A stretch of DNA of 63,242 nt, counting the filler, from Octopus bimaculoides (lineage: Eukaryota), in the NCBI RefSeq assembly GCF_001194135.2. It is 7 parts of 7 records of this genome, joined end to end, with 100 filler letters (N's around TTAATTAATTAA, not from the genome) between each part and the next. Parts side by side here need not be neighbours in the genome. Positions count along the whole stretch, not along the records: positions 20,337 to 29,085 come from NC_068987.1; positions 29,186 to 39,417 come from NC_068994.1; 5 more parts are not named here. One strand, 5' to 3'. The notes under the pieces were generated by a model. That model saw nothing but the letters and a program-made list of their open reading frames with translations. It did not search any database and was not told the DNA's origin. Below are positions 24,456 through 36,955 of the stretch, in pieces (position 1 is the first letter of the stretch; every line of letters starts with the position of its first letter). A program made the translations under genes and the position numbers.

Positions 24456-24500
24456 GGCCAGAGTTCTTTCGTCACACTTCTGTGACCTCATCAGTGGTCC
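24456..24500 (-). ncRNA. Minimal type I hammerhead ribozyme motif, intact core
   Basis: Minus strand ggacca-CUGAUGA-G-gucaca(gaag)ugugac-GAAA-G-AA-C-U-C^uggcc. All conserved core bases are present, with 6-bp stem II, 2-bp stem III and stem I cca/ugg plus gg/cc. Confidence 0.7.
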
Positions 24501-25179
24501 TTTGCTTTCTTCTTTCTTTTTTGTGTGTCTCTCCTTACAAATCATCTGCCATTTTGTATTCCTATTGTATGTGTCTTTATTTGCGCATGCGTATCCCCTG
24601 TTTATACACGAACGTGTATAAACAAGGGATACTGATAATACAAGCACATTCCCACACACACACACTGACTAAACATATANNNNNNNNNNNNNNNNNNNNN
24701 NNNNNNNNNNNNNNNNNNNNNNNNNNNNNNNNNNNNNNNNNNNNNNNNNNNNNNNNNNNNNNNNNNNNNNNNNNNNNNNNNNNNNNNNNNNNNNNNNNNN
24801 NNNNNNNNNNNNNNNNNNNNNNNNNNNNNNNNNNNNNNNNNNNNNNNNNNNNNNNNNNNNNNNNNNNNNNNNNNNNNNNNNNNNNNNNNNNNNNNNNNNN
24901 NNNNNNNNNNNNNNNNNNNNNNNNNNNNNNNNNNNNNNNNNNNNNNNNNNNNNNNNNNNNNNNNNNNNNNNNNNNNNNNNNNNNNNNNNNNNNNNNNNNN
25001 NNNNNNNNNNNNNNNNNNNNNNNNNNNNNNNNNNNNNNNNNNNNNNNNNNNNNNNNNNNNNNNNNNNNNNNNNNNNNNNNNNNNNNNNNNNNNNNNNNNN
25101 NNNNNNNNNNNNNNNNNNNNNNNNNNNNNNNNNNNNNNNNNNNNNNNNNNNNNNNNNNNAAAGTAAGATATATATATAT

Positions 25180-25395
25180 AATACAAATAATATGTGAGTA
25201 TATGCATATATGCGTACATGTATGTACATACCTACATCTACATGTATATATAGATGCATATCTGGGTACAGGACGTTACAAAAAACGTGGACAAAATGAG
25301 AAACAAAACATAAACAGAGCACAGAAAACACATAGGCCACATAGAGAACATTTCCTTCATTAGCTGCCACCATTCTAAAACTAAGCGTTTCGAAG
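25180..25395 (-). repeat. Family X PLE-like tail, copy 2
   Basis: Reverse complement aligns with 63045-63225 (aatggtggcagct.atgaaggaaatgttctctatgtggcc...). Confidence 0.75.
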
Positions 25396-26089
25396 AGTTA
25401 GTGCAGGATGCATTGTTAGAATGGCTCTTCCCGCGGAAGAGATGACCCGCAAGTTGTTCTTCTTCAATTACTATCGCAAACAGAAGTAGCTTTCTTCAAC
25501 CGAATACACGTCGTTGATTGGTTGAAATTACCCAAATACAACTTTAACACGAAATAACTTCTAAAATACGTAATTTGGTCAAAAACGTTCAGAGTAAACC
25601 GTGTTCTACGTGAGAAATTCTACCAGTATTCGAAGTTTCAAACTGTTTAGTTAAAAAAAATTAATTAAAAAATCTGTGATTGAGATGGAATAGATCCAAT
25701 TTTGGTGCTTCATTTAAGGCCTATTTAGCTGTTATTTTAGCACATCTCTCGACCTCATGCGTTTTCATGTGTTTTAAGCATTTTAAAAGCAAAAAATGAC
25801 CATGTGGCTGAACAGAACAGCAACAGACGAGTAAGCAGCTTGGTAACAGCTCGGCTTGTTACTATGAAAACAAGCATCTATATGTCTGGTTTCCGATTGG
25901 CTAAAATTATCCAAAATTTGCAGACGTAATAAGCTACTAACTCTTCATTTATTGATTTATGGCGAAAATGAATTTCATGTCAACAATTACCATACAAAAG
26001 TACATCAACATACCAAATATGAAATCAATTGGAACAAAATTGAAGAAATTGAAAAGTAGCAGCCAAACAGAAAAGATCTTTTCTGATCA

Positions 26090-28300
26090 CTTTAGATAGT
26101 CGCTTGAATACTAGAGGACCTCTAAATAAGAGATTGGTACAATAGAGTGTTTTTGCATGTGATTTCGAAGGTGGTATATTTGGAAGCTGACAGGATATAA
26201 CAGTTCAAGCATTAAAATTCTTTCTAATGATGCAGTTTAGAACATACCCCTCCAGGATTTTCCATACATCTGTGATAGTATATCTCCTACTTTAGTGTCC
26301 AAGAAAGCAGGGACGCAGCGCTTTCAGACGTTCCCAGTAATTAAGACTTTTAACTGAAGGTATTTTACTGGTGAAGGTTCCTTGTACCCTTTCCGTTTCT
26401 TCTATGAATCCGGATGAATTAGGACCCTAAAGCTATGAGCAATAATCTAATCTGTTCAGGACTAAGATTTTCCATAGTCAGCATAACTATCAGTTCTCTT
26501 GTCACAATGCTTTGTAGGATCCATCGTAAGAGATGCCTGCATTTAGAGGCCAGTTTACTGATGTGCCTGATGAAAGATGTATCATTTGACGTAATTACTC
26601 TTAAGTCACGTATATCATTAACGCTCTGAATCATTGTGTTATCTGGTGTCAAATATTGTGATTTGTGAGTATTCCCTCTGTAATGAAGAACCTGAAATAT
26701 TAATGTACTAAATTCCATATTGTTTCTCTGTACATTGATAAATGAAATTTAGCTCATAGCATCGATATTTTTGTGTCATCGATGTAGCTCGTTAGGTTAA
26801 CTGAGTGCACTTGTGACACTATACCTGACAGGATGATAAATAATAATATTACTAGAACTGTTCCTTGAGGTATACCACTAATTACAAGTAACTTAGCAGA
26901 GAGAAAACCATGTTCAGTAGCGAATTGACCCCTATCAAGTAGGAAGTTAAAGAACCATTCTACGAGTTTTCCTGTGATACCGAGATCCCTTAACTTATGA
27001 CAGATGATTCCATGATTGATCTTGTCAAACGACTTAACAAAATCAAAGTATACACAGTCACTGTTCTTTCCCCTCAAGAGATTACTGAGGATAGTGCCAT
27101 GGTGCTGTAATGGTTGTGACAAGCAGCATTGTCGACTCTGAAAATCATGCTGTGTGTCATCTTGTTTTCCTCAAGGTATGTAATTAATATTTTTCAGACA
27201 AAGAGTTTGGTAATTTTAGATGTGTGAGATGTGAGAGAAACAGGTATGTAATTTTTAGCTTCAGCCCTGCTACCTCCTAAGTGTATAGATCTTAATATTG
27301 AGTCTTTCCGTAGTCCCGGGAATATGTCAGTATAGGCGACTTTTGAAATAGTACCTTTAATAATTTCACGAGGTTGTTTTTGCACTTTTTTAGCAGTATT
27401 GCTGAGGGACAATCTGATCCAGATGCTGAGTTTGAATCTAAGTCATTAATAGCTGCATGTATATCATCTTTCATGATATTAATTTTTAGATGTGTCTCTG
27501 CAGTTGAGTTCAGGGGATCAAAGATTTCGTTTAGGTTATGGACTATTTTGTTAATTATAAATTGGGAAAATGCACTGTTATAATGTCGACTCAAGAATAT
27601 GCATATCTGTGATGAATCATCAGTGTATGATCCATTTTGGTCCATTAGAGAGCCAATCTGGTTATATATAGAGGATTTTTGTTTAGCAAAGTGGGAAAAG
27701 AACTTAGGAAGAGGCTTTATATTTTCCACTGCTTGTTGTTCCCTTTCCGAAGTTTCTTTTTCATGAGATAGTTTAGGTTGAGTTCAATGCTCTGTACTTT
27801 CTTATATTTTACCTCAATTTCATCTGTTGTGAGAGTTTGGAATTTTAGTTGTTTCGTTAGTTTGGTTTTGTTACGCATTAATTTCTGTCTATCGCGTGGA
27901 ATCAAGTTCTTGCGAGAATATGGGACAAGCTTTCGATAGATCTTGATTAGCTCTTCGTACAGAAACTTTTGTTTCTTCGTTAATATTGAGGCTGCCAATA
28001 TGCTGAGACTAATTTGTTTTGAGGATTTCAGTCTCAATTTCTTTCCACTTGGCCTTCCTGAAATTAAAGTTCATGAAGTGTGAGTCATGTTTCATGCTAT
28101 TTGTGTGTGTTGCCCTCTTTGTACCTTATACAAATAACTGTATAATGTTGTGGTTGAAAATAGCTGTGGAAATGACCTGAACATTGTTAATGAAGTATTT
28201 ATTGTAGGTCGAGTATGTTATTTCCTGTAATAGGACGGGTAAGGATTTGTTGCATGAGAAAGTCTTTATTGGTATCGAGAAGAGCGTTCATATCCCTCGT
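26090..28300 (-). mobile_element. CR1-type LINE ORF2 remnant (linker, RT, C-terminus), heavily decayed
   Basis: Successive ORFs contain SASGSDC, KNYIPVSLTSH, VYFDFVKSFDKINHG, SGIPQGTVL, SYIDDTK and FQVLHY. Confidence 0.85.
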
Positions 28301-28714
28301 CTTTAGTTGTTTACTTCCAGGCTGCATGTAACCTTCAGACCAGCTAAGACTAGGAAAAATAAGTCCTCTGTCAAAAGTACATTGGCCTATTGACTTATGA
28401 TTGACAAAGCACCCCTGAAGTGATCTCCGTAGTTAACCGCGCCAGGAGGACGGTAGGTAATGATTATGATTATACTGAGATCGATGACACGCATTATTGG
28501 TATATCAGCAGTGTGTGGGAGTAAGAGAGGAGAACGTTTGTTGGCAGGTGTTCACGGATGAAGAGCGCTGCCCCACCTTGTTTCCGCATCCTGCCGCCGG
28601 TTCTGTGTAGTACATAACATGATATATGTACTTCCACATTCAATGTTTGCGGTCAGGTGCATTTCGCTAAGTGCTACACACATTGTTTTTTCTCTGAGTG
28701 CAAAGTCTCTAAGG

Positions 28715-28930
28715 TAGAAATGTTCGTGCTGCACATTAGCTCACTCTCTCCATCAAATCAATGTTGCATGAACAGGTGCACTGTGTACCACGCGTCAGAT
28801 GTCGAAGTGATTGCGAAACAACGTGAGATGAAGTGTTTTGCTCAAGAACATGACGCACCATCCGATCTAGGAATTGAAATCATGATCTAGCGTTCGTGAG
28901 TGCAACACCCTAACCACTAAGCCATGCGCC
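28715..28930 (-). mobile_element. tRNA-derived SINE (family D-related)
   Basis: Minus head aggcgcatggcttagtggttagggtgttgcactcacga and ttcttgagcaaaacacttcat body. Confidence 0.7.
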
Positions 28931-29204
28931 TTCGCATATGCACGCGCGCGCGCGTACATGTATCTATATATACATACACACACATACATACATACATATA
29001 TATATATACATACATATATGTACACATACATGCATATATATACACATACATATATATATACATACACACATATAAATATATATATNNNNNNNNNNNNNNN
29101 NNNNNNNNNNNNNNNNNNNNNNNNNNNNNTTAATTAATTAANNNNNNNNNNNNNNNNNNNNNNNNNNNNNNNNNNNNNNNNNNNNATTCACGAAATTACA
29201 ACTT

Positions 29205-29450
29205 CGGAGGCGCGTGGCTTAGTGGTTAGGGTGTTGGATTCACGATCGTAAGATTATAGTTTCGATTCCTGGACCGGGCGACTTGTTGTGTTCTTGAGCA
29301 AAACACTTCATTTCACGTGGCTCCAGTCTACTCAACTGGTAAAAAAGAGTAATCCTGTGACGTGCCGGTTTTACGTCAAGATGGGGAATAAATATGCTAT
29401 GAAACCAGGAAACCGGCCGTGATGGGTCGACATGACTCGAGAAGGTAACT
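29205..29450 (+). mobile_element. tRNA-derived SINE (family D-related)
   Basis: ggaggcgcgtggcttagtggttagggtg...gtttcgattcctggaccgggcg...ttcttgagcaaaacacttcatttcacg. Confidence 0.75.
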
Positions 29451-31353
29451 TTACCTTACCTTTACTATTCTTTAAATAAAATGCATTTGATTCCTCTTTA
29501 TATAATAGTTGTTCTGTATGTTCTATGAACGTGGCGTGAGGTTTTCTGGGGGTGCTACGACTGAACAACTAGTTATATTTGGACTGGTGACCTTTCGAAG
29601 AGTGCTTTTTAGAGCCATATATAGCTTGGTGATGGTTCGTCAAATGAGACATCAGATTGATTGACAATGATTTTCTCAAGGCATTCGCCATTAAAGGAAC
29701 AAAACTCTATGTTTTAGCAACAGCTTGATGCCTGTCTTCGCGTTACGTTTGGTTGCAGCATTTTCGTATTGTGGATCTGGATGGTATTAGTCACGATTGT
29801 TTTTTTTTATGCTGTAGTTAACTTTAGTACTATTTTTAATGAACACCTTATGGAATTATTGACTGCCATATGCAATGGAGTCACAAGAAGCCGAACACAA
29901 TATGACTTAAGTGTTTTAAACCTGGTGGAGTACATGCGTCTTTAAGTCTGTACAGAGCCGATTTCTTCCAGAGGCAGACAAAAGAAGGAAGAAAGAGAGA
30001 GAAACAGAGATAGAGAGAGGGGAGGAAGGGAGAGAGAGAAACAGAGATAGAGAGAGAGGGGAGGAATGGAGAGAGAGAAGCTAACTGGCTAATCGTAACG
30101 CCAGTGCCTCTTCTGGCAGTGCCAATCTATATATCACGGGCGAGGAGATGAATCACTGCTGCCGCTAGCAGTCGAGTATCCATCATTGACAAAACCAAAC
30201 AAGGTCTAAATCACATTATCTGGTGGTCTCGGTAGCAGGGATATATCTCCCCGCTAGCGATATAAACAAGCGTGTATTTTGCACCAAAAATCCACTATGA
30301 GAATTTCTCTCGTGGTATCTACTGCAGTAAAGTTTGTTCTAACAGAACATCCACGTTCAGGTGGGCATAAATATTACCTCTCGGAATTAATATTGCTGCT
30401 GTCGCTAATATATATTATTTAAAAGATAAACAGTACTTACCGTGTATATCGGTACTGGACTGGTATTTTATTTATCAAATCGAAGAGGAAAAAAAGATAA
30501 AGATGACCTTGACCTTGGTAGAATTAAATTCTCAGTGCAAGGGACCGGGCCGAATATCACAAAGCCTTCTGTCTGTGGTCTATCAGCTGTGTTAGTTTTT
30601 CCGTTGTGCATGGTTATATTAATGTTATGTTTATATTTTAACTGGAAATACTAGGTGAGATTCTGAAGCACATAAATGTATGTATGACGGTGTGGTAAAG
30701 AAGTTCGTTTCGCATTCAGGAGGTTCATGGCTCGATTCCATAGCGGAGAATTCTGGATAAATGTTTTTTTTTTTTTTACCATAGATTGGGATTATTCATT
30801 GGTTGATGAGTGTGACTGTTGAACGGAAACTATGCAGAATCCCGTCACACAAACACATAAACACATATGTGTGAGTGTAATTGTGGAGATAGATAGATAG
30901 ACAGATAGATAGAGATAGAGAGAGAGTGAGGGAAGAAAAGAAAGGAAGTGAGAATGAGGGAAGAAAGAGATGAGAGAGATGAAGAACAAGACGAGAATTT
31001 GAAGAAAACATTACCGAACGGATCTAAGGAAATAATATGAAGAAAGAAAATGTATTTACCCTTTCTTTTGAATGGCTCTCTTAATAACACTGCCCCATTC
31101 CTTAGGTAAGCTTATATCTGAAATGAAGCAAAATTGTAAAAGAAAAATTAATAAAACGAATAGGGAATTTGTTTTTCAAATAAGATATCAATGGTAGTAC
31201 ATAGGATAGTGATGGTGAACCATCTCTGTGACACGCGCGTCAGAGGTGACACGAGATAAACTTTGAAAATTGTCTCCTCCCTACAATATAACACTATAAA
31301 AAAACTTATCTGTAAAAACATTTACCTATGATATAGATGTGCGCGTGAACCTG

Positions 31354-31388
<35 letters not shown>

Positions 31389-31529
31389 TAGGTTCTTCCG
31401 AAAAGAAAGGATTTTGTGCGCATCGTTATCTATACATAAAAATATTTGATCGTTGACATTTTCTTTTTGGTGTTTTGGAAGTAAATTAAAATATTTCAGA
31501 TGTTATGAAGAACGCAGATCTTTGAAACA

Positions 31530-31914
31530 GTTGTTGTTGGCACTCTGTCGCTTACGACGCCAAGGGTTCCAGTTGATCCGATCAACGGAACAGCCTGCTC
31601 GTGAAATTAACGTGCAAGTGGCTGAGCACTCCACAGACACGTGTACCCTTGACGTAGTTCTCGGGGATATTCAGCGTGACACAGTGTGACAAGGTTGACC
31701 CTTTGAATTACAGGCACAACAGAAACAGGAAGTAAGAGTGAGAGAAAGTTGTGGTGAAAGAGTACAGCAGGGTTCGCCACCATCCGCTGCCGGAGACTCG
31801 TGGAGCTTTAGGTGTTTTCGCTCAATAAACACTCACAACGCCCGGTCTGGGAATCAAAACCGCGATCCTATGAAAGCGAGTCCGCTGCCCTAACCACTGG
31901 GCCATTTCGCCTCC
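31530..31914 (-). mobile_element. Full-length ~385-bp tRNA-derived SINE (family D)
   Basis: A and B boxes in the head; aligns end-to-end at high identity with 61148-61529. Confidence 0.9.
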
Positions 31915-32469
31915 CTTTGAAACAGTATAACAATAAATAATATTAGTGAAATTCTTCTGCTATAGTTCATAAATTCTGTACCTTTCTCTTATTGCAGTTA
32001 AGGCTTTGAACAGATGGGTGATTTAGGTTATTTTGTAGGATTGTAAGCTAGCCTATGGTTGGCCAACTTTTCAAACGAATAGGTACTTGGCTAAGCTAAG
32101 GTAAGGAGAGTTCACTGCTTATGGCCAACAAAACAACTTACTACTTTCAGTTGTATAAGAATTCACAATTCTCGATTCAAGCATTCGTGATTGAAGCTTG
32201 CGTGACGGAATCTAATCCGCCAAACTGCAACATCGTCTTTAGCAGGATGTAAGATACTTTGATGGATGGGAAAATCACCAGATGAAAGTGTTTTGGCAGT
32301 CATTTTGGGAATTATTAAGTATTTTAGCTACATATTTCTGCTCGTTGCTGTATCTATTTCCTATCCTGCTGGATTACGTTATTTGTTTTCTGTTCAGCTT
32401 TCATCGGTGGATTTTGCTTGTATTTCAATCCAAGGTAAATCCTGTTTCAAAATTTGCCTTAACACGAAA

Positions 32470-33050
32470 GGAAGAAGGAGAAGAAAAAGAAGGGGAGGAG
32501 GAGAAAGAGAAGAAGAAAAAGAAGAAGAAGAACAGGAAGGAGAAGAAGGAGAAGAAGAAGAAGTAGAAGTAGAAAAAGAAGAAGAAGAAGAAGAAGAAGA
32601 AGAAGAAGAAGAAGAAGAAGAAGAAGAAGAAGAAGAAGAAGAATAAGAATAAGAAGAAGAAAGAGGAGATCAAGGATAAGAAGTAGATAGTGAAGAAGAA
32701 GGGAGAGGAAGAGGAGAAGAAGGAGTAGAAGAAAGAGGAGAAGGAAGAAGAAGAGAGGAGGAAGAGGAATGGAAAAACTGGAAAACGAGTCTGAGGAGAA
32801 AAAGTAAAAGTGAGGACAGAAAGTGGAAGATTTTTGGGTGAAAAGAAAGTCATGAAATAAAGATGTTATCAATAAGCCTAAATAAAGCTGTTGAAAAGAT
32901 AAGGAGAAACGCAGAAAGGCAGATGAGAAGAAAAGAAAAGAAACGCAGGAAAAAATAAAAGATAACAACAGAAAAACAAAACATAGCAATGATATAAAGA
33001 AAAAAAGAAAAGAAATTAGAAAGGAAATAGAGAAAAACAATAGAGATCAA
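32470..33050 (+). repeat. Polypurine low-complexity tract including a long pure (GAA)n run (~32575-32643)
   Basis: Direct reading. It explains the poly-E, poly-K and poly-F ORFs. Confidence 0.95.
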
Positions 33051-33319
33051 GACGTTCGAGTATGTAATAAAAAATGAATTTAAGAATATAAGAATTTAAG
33101 AATTAAAATAAGAACAACTTCATTGTCACAACAATCCTTTGTTTTTAAATTTACAATATTTCCATTTCTCAAGAGGTTTTATGAGAATGTATGGAATTGA
33201 TATTTTTTCCCTCTCATCCCTATCAAAATAAATGAATAAATGAGCAACAAAAAAAAAAAAGAAAGGAAAAAAAAAGAAATTGGAAAATGGAAAACCGAAA
33301 CAAGTCGACGAGTTATATT

Positions 33320-33450
33320 CTAGTCAACATCTTCAATTCGATTGTCGTCCATGGCTGCTTTAATACCGGTTGTTTGACCACTGCGATGACACTCATCGTT
33401 GATTTGTTTGTACATTGAATCAATTTGCTGCCTTCTCCTCGTCTCACCCG
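33320..33450 (-). CDS. Candidate terminal coding exon of an unidentified host gene (xGETRRRQQIDSMYKQINDECHRSGQTTGIKAAMDDNRIEDVD*)
   Basis: Acceptor tcaattctctttcag| at 33451-33465, 42 open codons to TAG at 33320-33322, unique non-repetitive sequence. No upstream exon was found in the window. Confidence 0.4.
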
Positions 33451-33829
33451 CTGAAAGAGAATTGACCGACTCAAGTGTAACCGGATATGATCATCGTTCT
33501 GGTCGGCCGTTAAGCGGCCAAACGATGATTATTTTACAACACAGAAGTGTACATAAATCGCGTTCAGTATTTGTTCAGCCGCCATTCAGCAGGGTTTATC
33601 ACACACCTTCAAGTTGATGACGGAAATGGCAGAACTGCTAAGAAGCATGAAGTAAGAGATAGGACGTACAGCTAGCTAGCTAGCTAGATAGATAGATAGA
33701 TCGATAGATAGATAAACAAATAGAGAAAGAGATAAACAGACAGACAGACAGATAGATAAACAGACAGATAAACAGATAGGCAGACAGATAGATAGATAGA
33801 TAGACAGACAGATAGATAGATAGACAAAC

Positions 33830-33894
<65 letters not shown>

Positions 33895-35424
33895 GATGAA
33901 AATGTGAGAAAGAGAAAAGAGAATTCGGAAGATGATTTACGCGTTGAAGTGAGAAAAGGAAGGATAAAGATTCTCAGAAAATAAATAACTTAATATAATC
34001 TGATTTTATACTACTCCTACATGTCTTCTTACACTAACCTTTCCTGTTATTTTACCATCCTTATACATAAATAATACGTATGTATGTATGTATGTATGTA
34101 TGTATGTATGTATGTATGTATGTATGTATGCATGTATGTATGTATGTATGTGTGTGTGTCTGTGTGTGTGTGTGTGTGTAAAGGTAAGATCCAAGGATCA
34201 AGGTGTAGGAACTTTGTAAGCTTCGAGCAGTCCATAGAAGGTATAAAAAAACAAACAACTTTCAGCACCAAAAGCCAATATGAGAGTTTCTCTCATAATT
34301 ACTACGGCTAAATACTTTGTTCTCATATAACATCCATGTTTAAGTAGGAATAAATTTTACCTCTTGGTATTAATACTACCTCTGTCGCTAATACATATAT
34401 CTTGTAACAAGAATGACGCAAGGTTGTCGTGATCTCTAAACCAGATCACATTTAGTTAATCTTTAAACTATACGTAGTAGTCAGATACATTTTACTGAAC
34501 TAACACAGCAAGACAGAGCAGACTAATATTTAACGATGCATATAGAATTAACGGAGAAACAGATTGTCAGCGACAATGAAGATTGACAAACGATGGATTG
34601 TTAGCATAATGGATATAAAATAAAGAGCTTTTATATCCAATATCTCATAATGAAAGGAACCACCCGCAGCAAACAAACTACGAGATTTATTATCACTCTC
34701 TAGTAAATTAATTATTTCCATCCAGTTAACAACAACAGCCGTTATAATGAGACTGAAAATGGGATTCAGGCTACTGTCGTAAAAATTAGTTGATTTATTT
34801 CCCCCCCTTCTATTTTTGTTTGGTGTGGTAAGTTGGAAACTGACAGGAGGGAAAAACAGAGATATATAAACAACACATACATACGTATGGTATGTATATA
34901 TATATATATATATGTATATGTGTGTGTATGTTTTTAAAGGTAGTATATATATATATACTGGAAGAGAGAGAGAGAATAAATGAGAGAGGGAGAAAAGGAG
35001 AGAGAAAGGGACCGTAGAAAATGAAAAGAAGGTAGAGTTTAAAAATAATTTTCCAATATATGTTGCAAACTATAGGCCACGACCATTGCGACAACAGCGA
35101 CAGTACACTTAATACCCACTAAGCAAAAATACCGTTGGTCATGTTCAGAATAGATCTTCCGATAACTTCAATTTACGACATTTCTCCAATGTATACTTTT
35201 TCGCTTTTATTGGATGGGAGTAAAGTGCAACGTAATAACTGGTGCGTGACGAAAGATTTTGATAGAATTAGCTATTTCTAACTCAGGGAAAATGGTACAG
35301 TCGAGTGAGTCGAGCCCACCACATGACTGATTCTTCTATTATCGATCCCGGGGGGCCTGGGAGGCGGCTAAGGTAACCTGTGATATTAGTGTCTTGGAAA
35401 GAATATGTTCTAAAATCAGGATTG

Positions 35425-35610
35425 GCTGTGTCGTGAGAAGTTTGCTTCTCAACTACATGGTTCCAGGTTCAGTCCCACTACATGGCACCTTTGGCAAATG
35501 TCTTCTACTAAAGCCTTTGACCAACTAAAGCCTTTGACCAACTAAAGCCTTTGACCAACTAAAGCCTTTTAAGTGGATTTGGTAGACGGAAACTGAAAGC
35601 AGCCAATCAT
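35425..35610 (+). mobile_element. SINE family B with an internal 17-nt triplication (aaagcctttgaccaact)
   Basis: Family B head and tail; the unit is repeated three times at ~35510-35565. Confidence 0.8.
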
Positions 35611-35634
35611 ATATACAGATTTGTGCGTACGACT

Positions 35635-35905
35635 GAAGGCACGTGCCTCACTTATTAGGGCATTTGGCTCACGATCGTAAGGGCGAGAGTTCAATTCTCG
35701 GCGTTGTGTTGTGTCCTTGAGCAAAACTTTATTTCACGTTGCTCCAGTCCGCTTAACTGGCAAAAATAAGTTGTACCTGGCCAGCCTTGCCACATACGCG
35801 TGTCTGTGGAGTGCTCAGCCACTTGCACGTTAATTTCACGAGCAGGCGGTTCCGTTGATCGGATCAACTGGAACCTTCGTCGCCGTAACCGACGGAGCGC
35901 CAGGT
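35635..35905 (+). mobile_element. SINE family D, internally deleted
   Basis: The 3' part gtgtctgtggagtgctcagccacttgcacgttaatttcacgagcagg...ggatcaactggaacc matches 31530-31914. Confidence 0.8.
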
Positions 35906-35978
35906 CTGTTATTGTCCACTTTTAAGCAGTGTTTTCTCATGTAAAGAACCTCGCGGTCCTCCTCCTCCTCCCCCCCAC

Positions 35979-36016
<38 letters not shown>

Positions 36017-36572
36017 GATATTATAATATTATAATAACAACAGTAATTATGCGAGGAAGTTTCAAGTCTGCGAAGTCTTTTTTTGAGAATGATAGTTATC
36101 GCTGGCGCTATTTTCGTTATATATNNNNNNNNNNNNNNNNNNNNNNNNNNNNNNNNNNNNNNNNNNNNNNNNNNNNNNNNNNNNNNNNNNNNNNNNNNNN
36201 NNNNNNNNNNNNNNNNNNNNNNNNNNNNNNNNNNNNNNNNNNNNNNNNNNNNNNNNNNNNNNNNNNNNNNNNNNNNNNNNNNNNNNNNNNNNNNNNNNNN
36301 NNNNNNNNNNNNNNNNNNNNNNNNNNNNNNNNNNNNNNNNNNNNNNNNNNNNNNNNNNNNNNNNNNNNNNNNNNNNNNNNNNNNNNNNNNNNNNNNNNNN
36401 NNNNNNNNNNNNNNNNNNNNNNNNNNNNNNNNNNNNNNNNNNNNNNNNNNNNNNNNNNNNNCATAAAACTTGCCTCCGTTCAGCTAGGAAAGATTCATAA
36501 AGAAAAAAAATCTCAGATGACAAGAGTCATATAACTTTGACAAAATTCTAAGTTGTGTACACGCAGACCTAG

Positions 36573-36604
<32 letters not shown>

Positions 36605-36766
36605 GCATACACCTACACCTACACCTACGCGCAGAGAGAAATATAAATATCTCAGGACAAGTACCCTTAGTAGTACACATGAACGCAAGTTTTTCTCAGC
36701 TTGTACTGGATAATGTACATGTATATTCTCATTCGTTTCTGTATGTAGTATGTGTATATAAATATA

Positions 36767-36955
36767 AGGCGGCGAACTGGCAGGATCATTTGTACGTCGG
36801 CAAAACGCTTAGCGACATTTCGTCCGTTGTCACGTTCTGAGTTCAAATTCCGCCATGGTTGACTTTGGTTTCGGAGTCGATACAATAAATACCAGTTGAT
36901 GTAATCGGCTTATTTTCATGCCTGAAATAATTGACCTTTTGCCAAAATTTGAAAT
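36767..36955 (+). mobile_element. SINE family A
   Basis: aaggcggcgaactggcagg head and cacgttctgagttcaaattccgcc. Confidence 0.75.

Noticed and set aside
29205-29280. tRNA genes (also heads at 31840-31914, 61455-61529 and 15320-15400)
   Set aside because: They have A and B boxes but no closed acceptor stem, and they continue into SINE bodies.
32266-32646. ORF with hydrophobic N-terminus and poly-Glu tail
   Set aside because: The acidic tail is just the (GAA)n tract, and there is no splice or homology support.
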